Shown: piece by piece, positions 37,093 through 49,489 of the stretch
Position numbering within the stretch: position 1 is the stretch's first letter
How the letters are laid out: every line of letters starts with the position of its first letter
Translations under genes and position numbers: made by a program
Assembly (NCBI GenBank): GCA_030390025.1
Contig: CM059433.1
Span: 8,618,001-8,682,000, forward strand
Source: Squalus acanthias
Lineage: Eukaryota
Reading direction: 5' to 3'
Length of the DNA stretch: 64,000 nt
Notes under the pieces: model-generated
Database searches by the model: none
Seen by the model: the letters and a program-made list of their open reading frames with translations, nothing else
Told to the model about the DNA's origin: nothing

Positions 37093-37270
37093 GTCGTTGA
37101 GTATATTCAAGACAGGAATCGATAGAGTTTTGAATATTAAGGGAATCAAGGGATATGGGGATCATGGAGATGAGGTCGAAGATCAGCCATGATCTTACTG
37201 AATGGCGGAGCAGGCTCGAAGGGCCAAATGGCCGACTCCTGCTCCTATTTCTTACGTTCTTATGTTCTTA
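37093..37270 (+). mobile_element. CR1 3' tail
   Basis: SLSIFKTGIDR..KGIKGYG plus tail. Confidence 0.85.
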
Positions 37271-37998
37271 TTTCGCGGCCATGGCTTCCTCCTTGCACAT
37301 TCCAGTGTACAGACCAAACTGCAGATTCATATAAAAAGAGACAATATGGAACTTCTCATGAATTGAAACTGGACAGGGTCTTAGGATCCGTTATGACGAT
37401 TGACCTTGTTTTCCTTGAGAACGAGACCAGGTCATCCCCGGCCTTTCATCAGCACCTTATAGCTGCTGGCTATGGAGCAGTCACAGGCCAAGGCCTGGGA
37501 AGAGGCTGCCTGCCTGCCTGCCCTCTCATCTGGTGAGTTGTGTGAGAAATATCGGAAACATGTGAAGGGGAATCATCACACTTGTTTAGTTGTTGAGAAA
37601 GCATTTGCCCCTATCCTGTATCAACCCGCAGCCTGATGCCGTGTCACATAATGTCGCAAACCCATCACTGGATCCCTTGCACGTCACATCATCTAGAAAA
37701 TCTAGCAAAACAACGCTGAGCACTTCTACAATCTCTTTCTCGAATTTTCTTCCCTCCCCTATCTTGAAGCTGACAGCTGATGCTGGTGTACAGTTCTACA
37801 GGGCAGGGGCAGCCTTGCCCAAAGGAACATTTTTCGTCTGTGAGTAGAGACAGCTTTTGACTCGGGGCCTGAGACAGCCACGCCTGATCCTCAGACACGG
37901 GGCACTTTGTGCGATAGTGTAAAATGAATCAGACTGTGGTTGATTATAGCGAATCGGCAGCTATCCCAGGAACACAATGTAAATAAAAATCGCGAGAG

Positions 37999-38956
37999 AT
38001 GGCCTTTATTGCAAGGGGGATGGAGCATAAAAGTAGGGAAGTCTTGTTACAACTGTACAGGGCATTGGTGAGGCCACACCTGGAGTACTGCGTGCAGTTT
38101 TGGTCTCCTTATTTAAGGAAGGATATACTTGCATTGGAGGCAGTTCAGAGAAGGTTCACGAGGTTAATTCCAGAGGTGAGGGGGTTGCCTTATGAAGAAA
38201 GATTGAGCACGGCAACACGGTGGCATAGTGGTTAGCACTGTTGCCTCACAGCGCCAGGAACCCGGGTTCGAATCCGGCCTCGGGTGACTGTCTGTGTGGA
38301 GTTTGCACATTCTCCCCGTGTCTGCGTGGGTTTCCTCCGGGTGCTCCGGTTTCCTCCCACAGTCCAAAGATGTGCGGGTTAGGTTGATTTGGCTATGATA
38401 AATTGACCCTTAGTGTTAGGGGGGATTAAATACATGGGGTTACGGGGATAGGGTGGAATATGTGTCGGTGCAGGCTCGATGGGCCGAAATGGCCTCTATC
38501 TGCACTGTGGGGATTCTGTGAGGTTGGGCCTATACTCACTGGAGTTTAGAAGAATGAGAGGGGATCTTATTGAAACATACAAGATTCTGAGGGGGCTTGA
38601 CAGGGTAGATGCAGAGAGGATGTTTCTCCTCGTGGGGGGAATCTAGAACTAGGGGGCATAGTTTCAGAATAAGGGGTCACCCATTTAAAATGGAGATAAG
38701 GAGGAATTTCTTCTCTCAGAGGGTCGTGAATCTTTGGAATTCTCTTCCCCAGAGAGCTGTGGAGGCAGAGTCAGTGAATATATTCAAGGTGGAGATAGAC
38801 AGATTTTTGAATGGTAAGGGAGTCAAGGGTTATGGGTAGCGGGCAGGAAAGTGGAGTTGAGGCCAAGATCAGATCAGCCACGATCTTATTGAATGGCGGA
38901 GCAGGCTCAAGGGGCCGAATGGCTCTACTCCTGCTCCTATTTCTTATGTTCTTATG
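37999..38956 (+). mobile_element. CR1 LINE 3' fragment split by a HE1 SINE
   Basis: RT frame ...YEERLS breaks at ~38209 and resumes RLGLYSL at ~38521. Confidence 0.92.
38209..38520 (+). mobile_element. HE1-type V-SINE
   Basis: tRNA head (tggcatagtggttagc, gggttcgaatcc); V-domain tgtgtggagtttgcacattctccccgtgtctgcgtgggtttcctccgggtgctccggtttcctcccacagtccaaaga; CR1-like tail. Confidence 0.92.
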
Positions 38957-40337
38957 TAAGCAGGCTGCCGATTCGTTGTCACCCGTTTTACACGAGCACA
39001 CAATGTTGGAATTAGCCCCACGGCCACTTCCAGCAGGAGTCACAATGACAACTCGAAGTGAGTTCTTCCCTCTGTAGCCCAACAATGCTGCAGACTGCTG
39101 TGGCAACTCACACCTACCGTCTGAGATCAGTTCGCACTTCTGATATTTGTGGCTCAGTATTACACCGGGAGCTAAATTTAGCCACTCCAGCCATTAGGGT
39201 CCCCATGGTAACAACGCCTGGACGCTGCTAGGAACATGCAACCCGTGCAACTGCACGTGGCCCCGAGCCAGTCAGGGGACCCCAAGCGAATCCAGGGATA
39301 AGTATTTCGTATCATTGTCTAGCAAAATGCCCCAAATCAAACCTTTGCACAGTGTACCCACAAGGCAAACACTGCCCCCGTAACAACGGCATTGTAAGAA
39401 GAAAGGGGACATTGAAAGGAAATGTTGAAAAAACACCAATGCGCTGTAGCAGTGTGCACAGCATTACAGAAACTGACTGTATAGTGGACGCTGAAGCATT
39501 CTGGTAGATCATTAATGATCCCATTGGTTTGCGACTGATCACTGATCCTCAGCAGAGTACAGCTCTTAAATCACGCACTTTGGTCTATGAATGACTAAAA
39601 TGTGAGGTAATGCCTCTGGCTTTAAGCAGCTCACTCTCCCCTGACAGAAAACAACTAATCGCACACCACAGCCACAGTGAAAATGCAGATGGTGCAGAAT
39701 GGGGTGTGAATATGTATTTCCTTGGTAGCGCTGCACAGGAAATTTCTGACAACGCGAATCTCTAAATTTGCTGTCGGAAATGCTTCTGCTGTTTCAGCTT
39801 CTAAAACTTCCCAACAGGAGGACAGTGTTCACGTACCAACTACTACCTCGTGTTGAAGGATGTTTGAATAAGCACTTCATCATCCCACTTTTTATGAGGC
39901 TGCTGTTCTTTCTGTTTGTTCAAGTAGTTTGGTTACCTTGAAAGGGATTTGCAATGGTGCCGCTATCACAGCTGCAGATTAAGGTGCGCATTCTAAAATG
40001 AATTTCCTTAGGTATAAAGTGTGGATTATTCTATATTTAAAGTCTTGCTGAGTCTGTTTTTTGACACAGTCCATGTCCTCTTACCTCATAATCAAGCCTC
40101 AGAAATATAAATCTGATGTCTATCCTGGTGCTATCACAGTAAAGCAGCTTAATACAAAATGACAAGCCGGTCCATTAATTTTATCAAGATATACGATTCA
40201 TTGGGTGTCATTGAGCCTCCCTGGTGCCAGGGTAAAGGATATCATGGAACGGGTGCCAAACATTCAGCGCAGGGAAGGGGAGCAGCCAGAAGTCATGGTC
40301 CATGTTGGAACCAATGACGTAGGAAGGAAAAGAGTTA

Positions 40338-40898
40338 GGGGGGAAAGTTGGGCTGCTTTGCGCCTCCTGTTAGCGCCCCGGCCGCAAACTTGGCTCGCGC
40401 CCCCTGACCTACCGCCGGACGTTATGTCCGACAGGGTCAGGGGGGCGTTTTTGCGGCCGGGGTGACGCAAATTAAAGGGCAGGTGCCGGGCGGCCATTTT
40501 TTTTTGGGCCGCCTGCCAGCACCTGCCCCCTCTGGCCTCCTCCTGCGGGGTGCTGGCCGTGATCGGTCAGCCTGGCGCTCCTCTTGAGTGCCGGGCTCTT
40601 TTGCCGGCACCCCGCTCCCCGGTGGTTCAGCAGGGCCCCGGTGCGCGCTGCGTTAGGCCCCTCCCCTTTAATCAGGGGGAGGGCTGCAGTACCGCGGCGC
40701 TATGTGCCGACGGGGGTGGCGCTGCTGCACGTAGCGCCATGATATTCAATGGGAGCGCCTCAGGAAGGAGGGGGAGCGCTTCCAGTAGTGTCCCGCCTCC
40801 TGCTTGGGGCGCTACCATTCAATTTATGGCGCGGGGGCGCTAACCTTTTCACGGCGAAGTTAGCGCCCCAAAGGGGACGCAACCCAATTTTTCCCCCT
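40338..40898. mobile_element. Harbinger-type GC-rich MITE
   Basis: TIR ggggggaaagttggg / cccaatttttccccct; flanks tta/tga; splits CR1 ORF1. Confidence 0.85.
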
Positions 40899-41494
40899 TG
40901 AGGTCCTACCAACAGAGTTTTAGAAGTTAGGGAAGAAGTTAAAGAGCAGGACTGCGAAGGTGGTAATCTCTGGATTACTCCCTGTTCCACGTGCCAGTGA
41001 GTATAGGAACAGTAAGATAAGGCTGATTAACACGTGGCTGGAGAGATGGTGCAGAAGGAAGGGCTTCAGATTCCTGAGGCATTGGGACAGGTTCTGGGGC
41101 AGGAGGGACCTGTACAAGATGGATGGGTTGCACCTCAACAGGGTTGGGACCAATGTCCTTGCAGGGAGGTTAACTACTGCTGCGGGGGAGGGTTTAAACT
41201 AATTTGACAGAGGGCGGGGCACCAGGATGAAGCATTAGAGAGGAGAAACAAGGTGCACAGAGGACTGGGAGAAACAAACAGCATTAGAATAAAGAGTAGT
41301 TTAGAAATAAGGAGGGATCAGACAGGAAAGAAATACGAGGCCGACTCGGATGGGATTGGAGTGCATGTATGTAAATGCATGGACCATGGTAAATAAGGCT
41401 GGTGAGCTGCCGGCACAAATTGCCACATGGGATTATGATATAGTGGCAATAACGGAGACCTGGCTCAAACAAGGGGAGGATTTGGCTACAAAGT

Positions 41495-42500
41495 CATGGA
41501 GTCATAGAGTCATACGGCACAGAAGGAGGCCATTCAGTCCATCGAGTCCGTGCCGGCTCTCTGTAGAGCAATCCAGTCAGTCCCATTCCCCGCTCTATCG
41601 CCGTAGCCCTGCAAGTTTATTTCCCTCAAGTGCCTATCCAGTCTCCCCTTGAAATCATTGAGGGGGAAAAATTGGGTTGCTTTGCACCTCCCGTTAGCGC
41701 CCTCAGAGGGCAAAATTCAGCGGGAGGCTAGCGGCGGTGCTAACCGGTAGCGCCCCGCGGCGCTGCGCCGCCAGTGATGATGTCATCGCCGTGCGCAGCG
41801 CCCCACTCGCGACCTGGCCGCGATCTTTGGGAGCGCCCCCTGACTTACCGCCAGACGCCATGTCCGACGGGGTCAGGGGGGCCTACCTGCGGCCGGGGAG
41901 GCGCTATTTAAAGGCGAGGTGCGGGGCGGCCATTTTTGTTGCTGGCCGCCTGCCAGCGCTCCTGTCCCCGGCCTCCTGAAAGCCCCCCCCGCGGAGTGCC
42001 GGCACTCCCGATCCCCGGGGGCCCAGCTGGGCCCCGGGTCGCGCTGCGCAATGCCCCTCCCCTTTAAGCAGGGGAGGAAGGCCTGTAGTACCGCGGCACG
42101 TAGCACTGTGAAATTGACTCGCTGCGCCCAAAGAGGGATGCGGGGCGCTTCCAGTAGCACCCCGCTTCCCTCTTAGGCCGCAACCACTCAATTTCCGGCG
42201 CAGGGGCGCTAATTTTTCCGGGGCGCTAAAAGTAGTACCCCGGTGAAGTTAGCGCCCCAAAGTGGGCGCTACTCAATTTTTAGCCTTGAGTGTCTCCGCT
42301 TCCACCACTTCCATCAGCAGCAAGTTCCAGGTCCTCACCACTCGCTGCCTCAAAAAGTTTTCCCTCACATCCCCCCTGTATCTCTTGCCCAAAAAACCTT
42401 AAATCTGTGTCCCCTAGTCCTTGTACCATCAACTAGTGGGAACAGCCTTTCCCCGTCTAGCCTATTCAAACCCGTCATAATCTTGTACACCTCTATCAAA
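41495..42500 (-). mobile_element. CR1 3' fragment inserted antisense into the long CR1
   Basis: LIEVYKIMTGLNRLDGERLFPL...RTRGHRFKV; tail at ~41500; split by a MITE. Confidence 0.85.
41662..42286. mobile_element. Harbinger-type GC-rich MITE (related to 40338)
   Basis: TIR gggggaaaaattggg / ctcaatttttagcct; TSD tga (41659-41661) and tga (42287-42289). Confidence 0.85.
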
Positions 42501-42886
42501 TTCAGGAAAGATAGGGAAGGAAAACAAGGATTGGGGGGGGGGGATGTGTGTGTGGCAGAAATGATCAAAGACACTGTTACAGCACTGAAAAGGGGTGATG
42601 TACTTGAATGCTCAAATTGAGGGTTAGAATTAAGGAACAATAGAGGAGCTATTACGCTGCTGGGTGTAGATTATAGGCCACCAAATAGTGGGAAGGAGAT
42701 AGAGGAGCAGATTTGCAGGCAAATTTCACAAAGATGTAACAACTGGTGATAATGGGAGACTTCAATTATCCTAATATAGATTGGGAAAATAACAGGGCAA
42801 AGGGGAAAGAGGGAGAGCAATTTCTGAAGTGCATATAAGAAAACTTTCTTGATCAGTATTTTCAAGCCCAACGAAGAAGGAAGCAG

Positions 42887-43000
42887 AAATAACAACAGAA
42901 AACGCTGGAAAAACTCAGCAGGCCAGGCAGCATCCGTGGAGAGAGAAACAGAGTTAACGTTTCAGTTCAAAGACCTTTCGTCAGAACTGGAAAAAAGCAG
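42887..43000 (-). mobile_element. Penelope terminal fragment carrying a family A hammerhead motif (42952-42988)
   Basis: Nearly identical to 4583-4695; flanked by aagcag on both sides. Confidence 0.8.
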
Positions 43001-43344
43001 TGCTGGATCTGGTTCTGAGGAATGAAATGGAGTAAGTGGAGTATGTTTCAGTGCGGAAGCATTTTGGAAACAGCGATCACAACATCATTAGGTTTAGAAT
43101 AGTTATGGAAAAAGACAAGGAGCAATCAAACGTGAAAATACTCAACCGGAGGAGGGCTAATATCAGTGAGTTGAAAGGGGATCAGGCCCAGGTGGATTGG
43201 AATCAAAGATTGGCAGGTTAAACAGTAAATGAGCAATGGGAGGCCTTCAAAGAGGAAATAGTTTGGGTACAGACGAGACACATTCCCACAAGGGGGAAAG
43301 GAAGGGCATCCAAAGCTAGAGCTCCCTGGATGACTCAAGATATA

Positions 43345-44480
43345 GGCCGCGATTTCGCCAGCGGAGGCGGGATCGCAGCGGGAGAGGTGGGTGGCGGGTC
43401 CTGGTCCCGTTCCCGGCTCCAGCCCGCTCTCTCCAAGTGATTTTACGTATATTGGACTTGTTAAGCCCGCCCAGTGAGTTTCCCGGCCAATTAAAAGGAA
43501 GCGGGTCTGATTACGTCACGATGACGCGTCTTCAGCCAGTTTCCTTAAAGGGGCCATGTCCACATTCATTTTGACAGTTGTGCTGTCAGTGTTCCGCAGC
43601 ATTGAGGTGCTGCAAACACTGACAAGCACTGCACAGAGGTGCACGGCTGCACCCAGGCTCTCCCATGACTCCCTGCATATGCTTATGGAGGAAGTCACAG
43701 CACGCAGGGAGGTTCTCTTCCTTTCCCATGGGTGGAAGACACCTCCCCAGGTCACCAACGCAGCCTGGTTGCACATTGCACAGGAGGGCACAAGCAGGGA
43801 TGTCATCAGGAGGACCAGGCTACAGTGGCACAAGCCTTTCAATGATCTCAGTAGATCACGAAACGTTACTGCAAAGCTACACTCAACCTCATCCTGCTGT
43901 GCCACTCATCACATCCCCATCACTCTGCCTTCCCTACCCAACTCCTGCACATCCTTACTCACACCAACTTACCTTGCGCCTCCACCCATCCCTCCCTATC
44001 TACATTATCACTTCCCCATCTCACTAGCCACCTCTCACACTCACCCTCATCCTACTGCAAGCATACCAACTAACAACACACAAGGGTAGGCACTTGGGTG
44101 GTTTAGCCAATGTTCATGTGAAGTTTCTGTTAATGTGTTGTCAAACATTGAATCTATATTTTCAACACTTTACCTTATTGGACAGATCTGTGCTCACCTT
44201 TAGAAGTGTCTCAGTGAGTTGCAGTGAATGTTGAGACATAACTCTCCCGCACCCGCACCCCCCCCCTCCAATTGTGATGAGTGTGAAAGGAATGGCTTGG
44301 GCATTGTAGGGATGCTATATGGTGCTGGTGTGGGGTGGTATCAACCTGGCGCATCGTGTGGCAGCCAGGGTGTGCAGCGTCAAGTGAAGTAAATCTGGCC
44401 ATGGTGAGGTCATCCCTGGCCTCCCGGGCAGCAATATTGTTGGGTGTTGGTATTAGGACCACTGCTGTTTTTGATTTATA
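43345..44480 (+). mobile_element. Harbinger element: Myb/SANT ORF (+) and transposase C-terminus (-)
   Basis: ORF 43556: APRLSHDSLHMLMEEVTARREVLF...AWLHIAQE..RRTRLQWHKPFNDL; minus strand AAREARDDLTMARF; left TIR ggccgcgattt as at 54298. Confidence 0.8.
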
Positions 44481-45679
44481 TTAACTACCTGGACTTGGGT
44501 ATACAGAGTATAATTTCAAAGTTTGCAGATGACAAAAACTCAGAAATGTAGTAAATAGTGAGGAGGATAGTAACAGACAGGAGGATATTGACAGACTGGT
44601 GGAATGGGCCGACACTTGGTAGATGAAATTTAATGCAGAGAAGTGTGAAGTGATGCATTTTGGTAGGAAGAATGAGGAAAGGCAATATTAACTAAATGGT
44701 ATAATTTTAAAGGAACTGCAGGAACCGGGAGACCTGGGGGTGTACGTACACAAGTCTTTGAAGGTGGCAGGGTAAATTGAGAAAGCTGTTAAAAAAGCAT
44801 ACAGGATCCTTGGCTTTATTATTAATAGAGGAATAGAGTACAAAAAGCAAGGAAGTTATGCCAAACCTTTATAAAACACTGATTAGGCCTCAGCTGGAGT
44901 ATTGTAGCCAATTCTGGGCACCAAATTTTAGGAAGGATGTCAAGGCCTTGGAGAGGGTGCAGAAGAGATTTACTAGAATGGTCCCAGGGATGAGGGACTT
45001 CAGTTACGTGGAGAGGCCAGAGAAGCTGGGGTTGTTCTCCTTAGAGCAGAGAAGGTTAAGGGTGATTTAATAGAGGTGTTCAAAATCATGAAGGGTTTTG
45101 TTACTGTAAATAAAGAGAAACTGTTTCCAGTGGCAGAAAAGTCAGTAACCAAAGGGCACAGATTTAAGGTGATTGGCAAAAGAACCAGAGGTGAGATGAG
45201 ATTTTCTTTTTACTCAGTGCGTTGTTCTGATCTGGAATGCACTGCCTGAACGGGTAGTGGAAGCAGATTCAGTAATAGCTTTCAAAAAGGAATTGGATCA
45301 ATATTTGAAGGGGAAATATTTGCAGAGCTGTGGGGAGAGATCAGGGGAGTGTGACTAATTGGATAGTTCTTTCAAAGGCACAGGCACGATGGGCCAAATG
45401 GCCTCCTTCTGTGCTGTATGATCCTATGATTCGATGTAAATGCTGTTTTGATTTCCACTCCTGAAGTTGATCCAAATTCACTGACAGTTTCATCACTTAA
45501 TAACATAATGGTGAAATTTAAATCCATATTACAGAGACCCTTCACTGAGTGCCAATGTTTTAAACTTTTTGTTACTGAAATATTAAAAAATCTGAAGCAA
45601 AATGATATAATCGCTTGGTGTTGGTGATAGTGCCTCCATTATTGTATGCATTACGGCACAAAACTGGCATTTATGTCAG

Positions 45680-46392
45680 TGGTGTACATATACACAAATC
45701 ACTAAAAGTTGCAACACAGGTTAGTAAGGCCATAAAAAAAAAACAAGCACTAGGGTTTATTTCTGGAGGGATAGAATTGAAAAGTAGGGAAGTTATGCTA
45801 AACCTGTATTGAACCTTGGTTAGACCACACTTTGAGTACTGCGTGCATTTCTGGTCACCATATTATAAAAAGGATATAGAGGCACTGGAGAGGGTGCAGA
45901 GAAGATTTACAAGGATGATACCAGAAATGCGAGGGTATACATATCAGGAAAGGATGAACAGGCTGGGTCGCTTTCCTTTTGAAAAAAGAAGGCTGAGGGG
46001 TGACCTAATAGAGGTCTTTAAAATTATGAAAGGTTTTGATAGAGTGGATACAGAGAGAATGTTTCCACTTGTGGGGAAGAGCATAACTAGAGGCCATCAA
46101 TATAAGATAGTCACCAAGAAATCCAATAGGGAATTCAGAAGAAACTTCTTTACCCAGAGAGTGGTGAGAATGTGGAACTCGCTACCACAGGGAGTGGTTG
46201 AAGTGAATAGTGTAGATGCATTTAAGGGGAGGCTGGACAAACATATGAGGGAGAAGGGAATAGAGGGTTATGCTGATAGATTTAGATGAGGAAAGACGGG
46301 AGGAGGCTCGTGTGGAGCATAAACGCCGGCATGGACTGGTTGGGCCGAATGGCCTGTTTCTGTGCCGTATATCCCATGTAATCCTATGTAAT
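45680..46392 (+). mobile_element. CR1 LINE 3' fragment (different subfamily)
   Basis: ORF 45816-46289 VRPHFEYCVHFWSP...FFTQRVVRMWNSLP. Confidence 0.92.
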
Positions 46393-46442
46393 GCTAACAC
46401 TTGCATATACACATTTATATGCCACAATTCCACTCCACAGAG

Positions 46443-46738
46443 TCAGAACATAAGAACATAAGAAATAGGAGCAGGAGTAGGCCATACGGCCCCTCGAGCC
46501 TGCTCCGCCATTCAATAAGATCATGGCTGATCATCGACCTCAACTCCACATCCTCGCCCGATCTCCATATCCCTTGATTCTCCTAGAGTCCAAAAATCTA
46601 TCGATCTCAGCCTTGAATATAATCAATGATTCAGCATTCACAGCCCTCGGGGGCAGAGAATTCCAAAGATTCACAACCCTCTGAATGAAGAAATTCCTCC
46701 TCATCTCGGTCTTAAATGGCCGACCCCTTATCCTGAGA
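46443..46738 (-). mobile_element. CR1 3' fragment
   Basis: LRIRGRPFKTEMRRNFF; (aacataag)n tail. Confidence 0.9.
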
Positions 46739-46739
46739 T

Positions 46740-47231
46740 ATGAATGGGGATCACTGAAAAAAGACACTAAAATATTAAATACATTTTAAAAAACCATCAC
46801 ATTTTTAAAAAGAATTAAAATTACATTAAATTAAATATTTTAAACAAAAATGTAATTTTTTGAAAAAAATAATTAAAGTTTTTTACGGGGCTAAAAATAA
46901 ACTTACCTTTTTTAAAAGTATTTTTAAATTATAAATGAGTGAAACATTTTTTTTAACTTTTTTAAAACTCTTATGCTGGTAAAAGCAGGCCTTACGCTGC
47001 TTTTACCAGGCGTAAGATTTTGAAGTGTTCTCAGCGGGCGGAGGTTCTGCAGAAAGCGGAACTCTCTGCCCGCGGAGGCCCTTCTCCAGGGCAGGCAAGA
47101 GCATTCTTGACAGATCGGAAGTGCCGGTTTTCAGCGTGTGTGCTTCACATGCCTGAAACCGGCATTTCCGATGTCCCGACGGGTGTGTACACAGCCCGTA
47201 CCCACCCGTAGGCATCGGAAAATATGGCCCA
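46740..47231 (-). mobile_element. Partial copy of the 32004 MITE
   Basis: Reverse complement of ~32004-32490. Confidence 0.85.
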
Positions 47232-47747
47232 TTGAATATCTCATGTGAGACATTCCTTATTCCTCATTTGTTTACTGTTCACACCAGTATTATCAGGCCT
47301 ACCTGTGATCTGGACCAGCTGCAGGTACTAATTGCCCATAGTAGTTTTAAAGTGCTATGAAGGGCACATGCCAGAGCTGTGTTTTAACAGAGAACCTCCA
47401 GCAGCTTCCCCTGAATGGGCTGTTAATCTTTGCTGCCGATTTATCAGGTCTTAGAGTCACCTGTTTGCCATCATGTTCGTGAGTTGATAACAGGTTTATT
47501 AGTGCTATAATATGCAGGTGGAAGTATAAAGGTCTCGTTTGTGGGAATATAAATTCTTCGTGATGCTTTATTTTTGTGGGGAAAGTAGGGCTTGGTTTGA
47601 TTTTTACAACAAGGGAGGAACCCAGTTAGTATAAACCCTTTCTCCATTAAAAAGAGTCCAGCGTACTTGTTTCTCATGATTTACTGCGATTGGATTTGCA
47701 TTTTGAAGCTCAGAGCAGATGCCGAGATGAGTAGCTGGGACAGTCCG

Positions 47748-47975
47748 ACAACTTGCATTTATATAGCGCCTTTAACGTAGTAAAACGTCCCAAGGCGCTG
47801 CACAGGAGTATTATAAGACCAAAAAAATTTGACACCGAGCCAGATAAGGATAAATTAGGGCAGGTGACCAAAAGCTTGGTCAAAGAGGTAGGTTTTAAGG
47901 AGCGTCTTAAAGGAGGAAAGAGAGGTGGAGAGGTTTAGGGAAAGAATTCCAGAGCTTAGGGCCCAGGCAACAGAA
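47748..47975 (-). mobile_element. L2 LINE 3' tail
   Basis: Matches 18548-18800. Confidence 0.88.
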
Positions 47976-48042
47976 TACCAAATCCTAATAAAAAATCTAC
48001 ATTCAAAGAAAGTTAAAGTTGCCTATACTATATTTCAATATA

Positions 48043-48461
48043 CAGGAAACTTTCATTTATCCGGCACCCAAATATCCGGAATTCTCGCTTAACCGGCAAA
48101 AATCATCCTCCGAAAACTCCTCTCAAATAACCGGCAATGTTGCCGAGTCGCAGTCGAGTCTCCGCGAACGCCGAGTGCTCCGAAGACTCCTCTCAAATAA
48201 CCGGCAATGTTGGCGATCCCGAGTCCGAGTCCGCGAACGCCGATTTAGTCAGTAGGGGTACTTTTCAAAAGTGCCACTACTCGGCCTCCTGGCGCTGTCG
48301 GAAGTCCGAAACACTGCAGTAGCAGGAGTTGATTCTCCCGCGCTGCCTGGAGTCTCTTTGTTAAAAATAGCCTCGGTAGATATAACTCTCCGTTATCCGG
48401 TACTTTCGATAAACCGGCACCACGCCGGTCCCGTCGATGCCGGATAAACGAAAGTTTCCTG
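48043..48461. mobile_element. Tc1/mariner (pogo/Tigger-like) MITE
   Basis: ~26-bp TIR caggaaactttc(a/g)tttatccggca, TA on both sides, internal ~70-bp tandem duplication. Confidence 0.85.
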
Positions 48462-49134
48462 TATTGGACACCCCTTTCTGATGCTCTCTCCTATGCTGCT
48501 GCTTCTTTCCCCTCTTTGGGGATGTTCTAATGATTGTTTAAGATAGTTTTGTGTTCAATAAGACCCCTTTTCTTCACAAGATCACAATTCCTTGTGTAAA
48601 ATCGCATTAATCTTTAGGGATACAGAGATGCAGGCTGGGTGCTGAGTAGGAGGTAAATAGCAACAGTCTGCATTGATTTTGACCTTTGTGACAGGGTAAA
48701 ATAGATGTACGATAAATAGGTGCCTTTTCAATAAAAAAAAAACATGTCAAATATTCCAAACTGGTAATATCTGAGTTGTACATTAAAGCATTTTCTCAGC
48801 AGTTAGTTGAAGTCACGTGAGAAAACGTCAGCCAAATTATTTCTTGGGCCAGATACCACTAGCATTCAACATCACACAGAATCCTTAGCAAGCTGGTCGA
48901 TCAGAAAGCTGCCTTGTGCCATTTTGGCTGTCTGACTGTCAGCTTCAACTATGAATATAGGGTCGACTGCACACTGCATATATTTCTTTTCTTTTCATGT
49001 TTTCAGCACATCTTGAAGCGTCTTGCACTCGTTCAATATGTGAGCAGTTTTTTGCCTTCAGCTATGCTATTTGATATATTAACTGCTTCAGGTCCTTGGA
49101 ACCCTGGGTGGTTGCACGTGACTGAGGCCGAGTT

Positions 49135-49333
49135 TCAGACTGGAGTGGACTCTAGTGGCCCTTCCTTCCTCTGAAATATTTGTACAACGGCTTCTCGCAT
49201 AATGTCCCAACATTTGGTGTTGGTGTCGCTTGATCTCGAACGCTGCATTTCCAACATTGAAATTAATAGTTCAATGTCGCCATCTGAAGAAAGTAATCTC
49301 ACTCCACTAGCGCTGCGTAGCCAACTTTTTAAA
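49135..49333 (-). CDS. Candidate terminal coding exon (LKSWLRSASG...EGPLESTPV*)
   Basis: Non-repeat open frame; weak acceptor ttcctttttaag| in phase 2, compatible with the 57836 exon. Confidence 0.3.
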
Positions 49334-49489
49334 CTTAAAAAGGAATTCAGGCAGCCCGCTGTCCTGCCTTCACCCCACCAATGACAGAAAAGATCTGGCG
49401 GTCCTTTCAGCCCTTCTCTAACTTCAGAAATGTCCACGAGTGTTCAGAGACCAGTGGACAGAGCTCCACACATGAGCATGGGAACGCCG

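Larger units (their letters stand above)
40205..45432 (+). mobile_element. Long decayed CR1 LINE (ORF1 SGNH esterase, APE endonuclease, RT) with nested insertions
   Basis: LPGARVKD..VHVGTND..VVISGLLP..DGLHLN (esterase); YVNA..DIVAITETWL, DFNYPNIDW, GNSDHN (APE); KFADD..DLGV..RPQLEYC (RT). Confidence 0.9.

Noticed and set aside
38209-38290. tRNA-like sequences (also the DeuSINE heads)
   Set aside because: They are SINE heads continuing into V or Deu domains, not tRNA genes.
40085-40147. 63-nt minus-strand exon-like segment (LLYCDSTRIDIRFIFLRLDYE)
   Set aside because: Open in phase 0-0 but blocked by a stop in the phase-2 frame needed to join the neighbouring candidates; weak acceptor.
49150-49250. 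WDIMREAVVQIFQRK resembling PRR5 or cullin/CACUL1 N-terminal helices
   Set aside because: Short match, with a stop and wrong spacing downstream; no gene symbol assigned.
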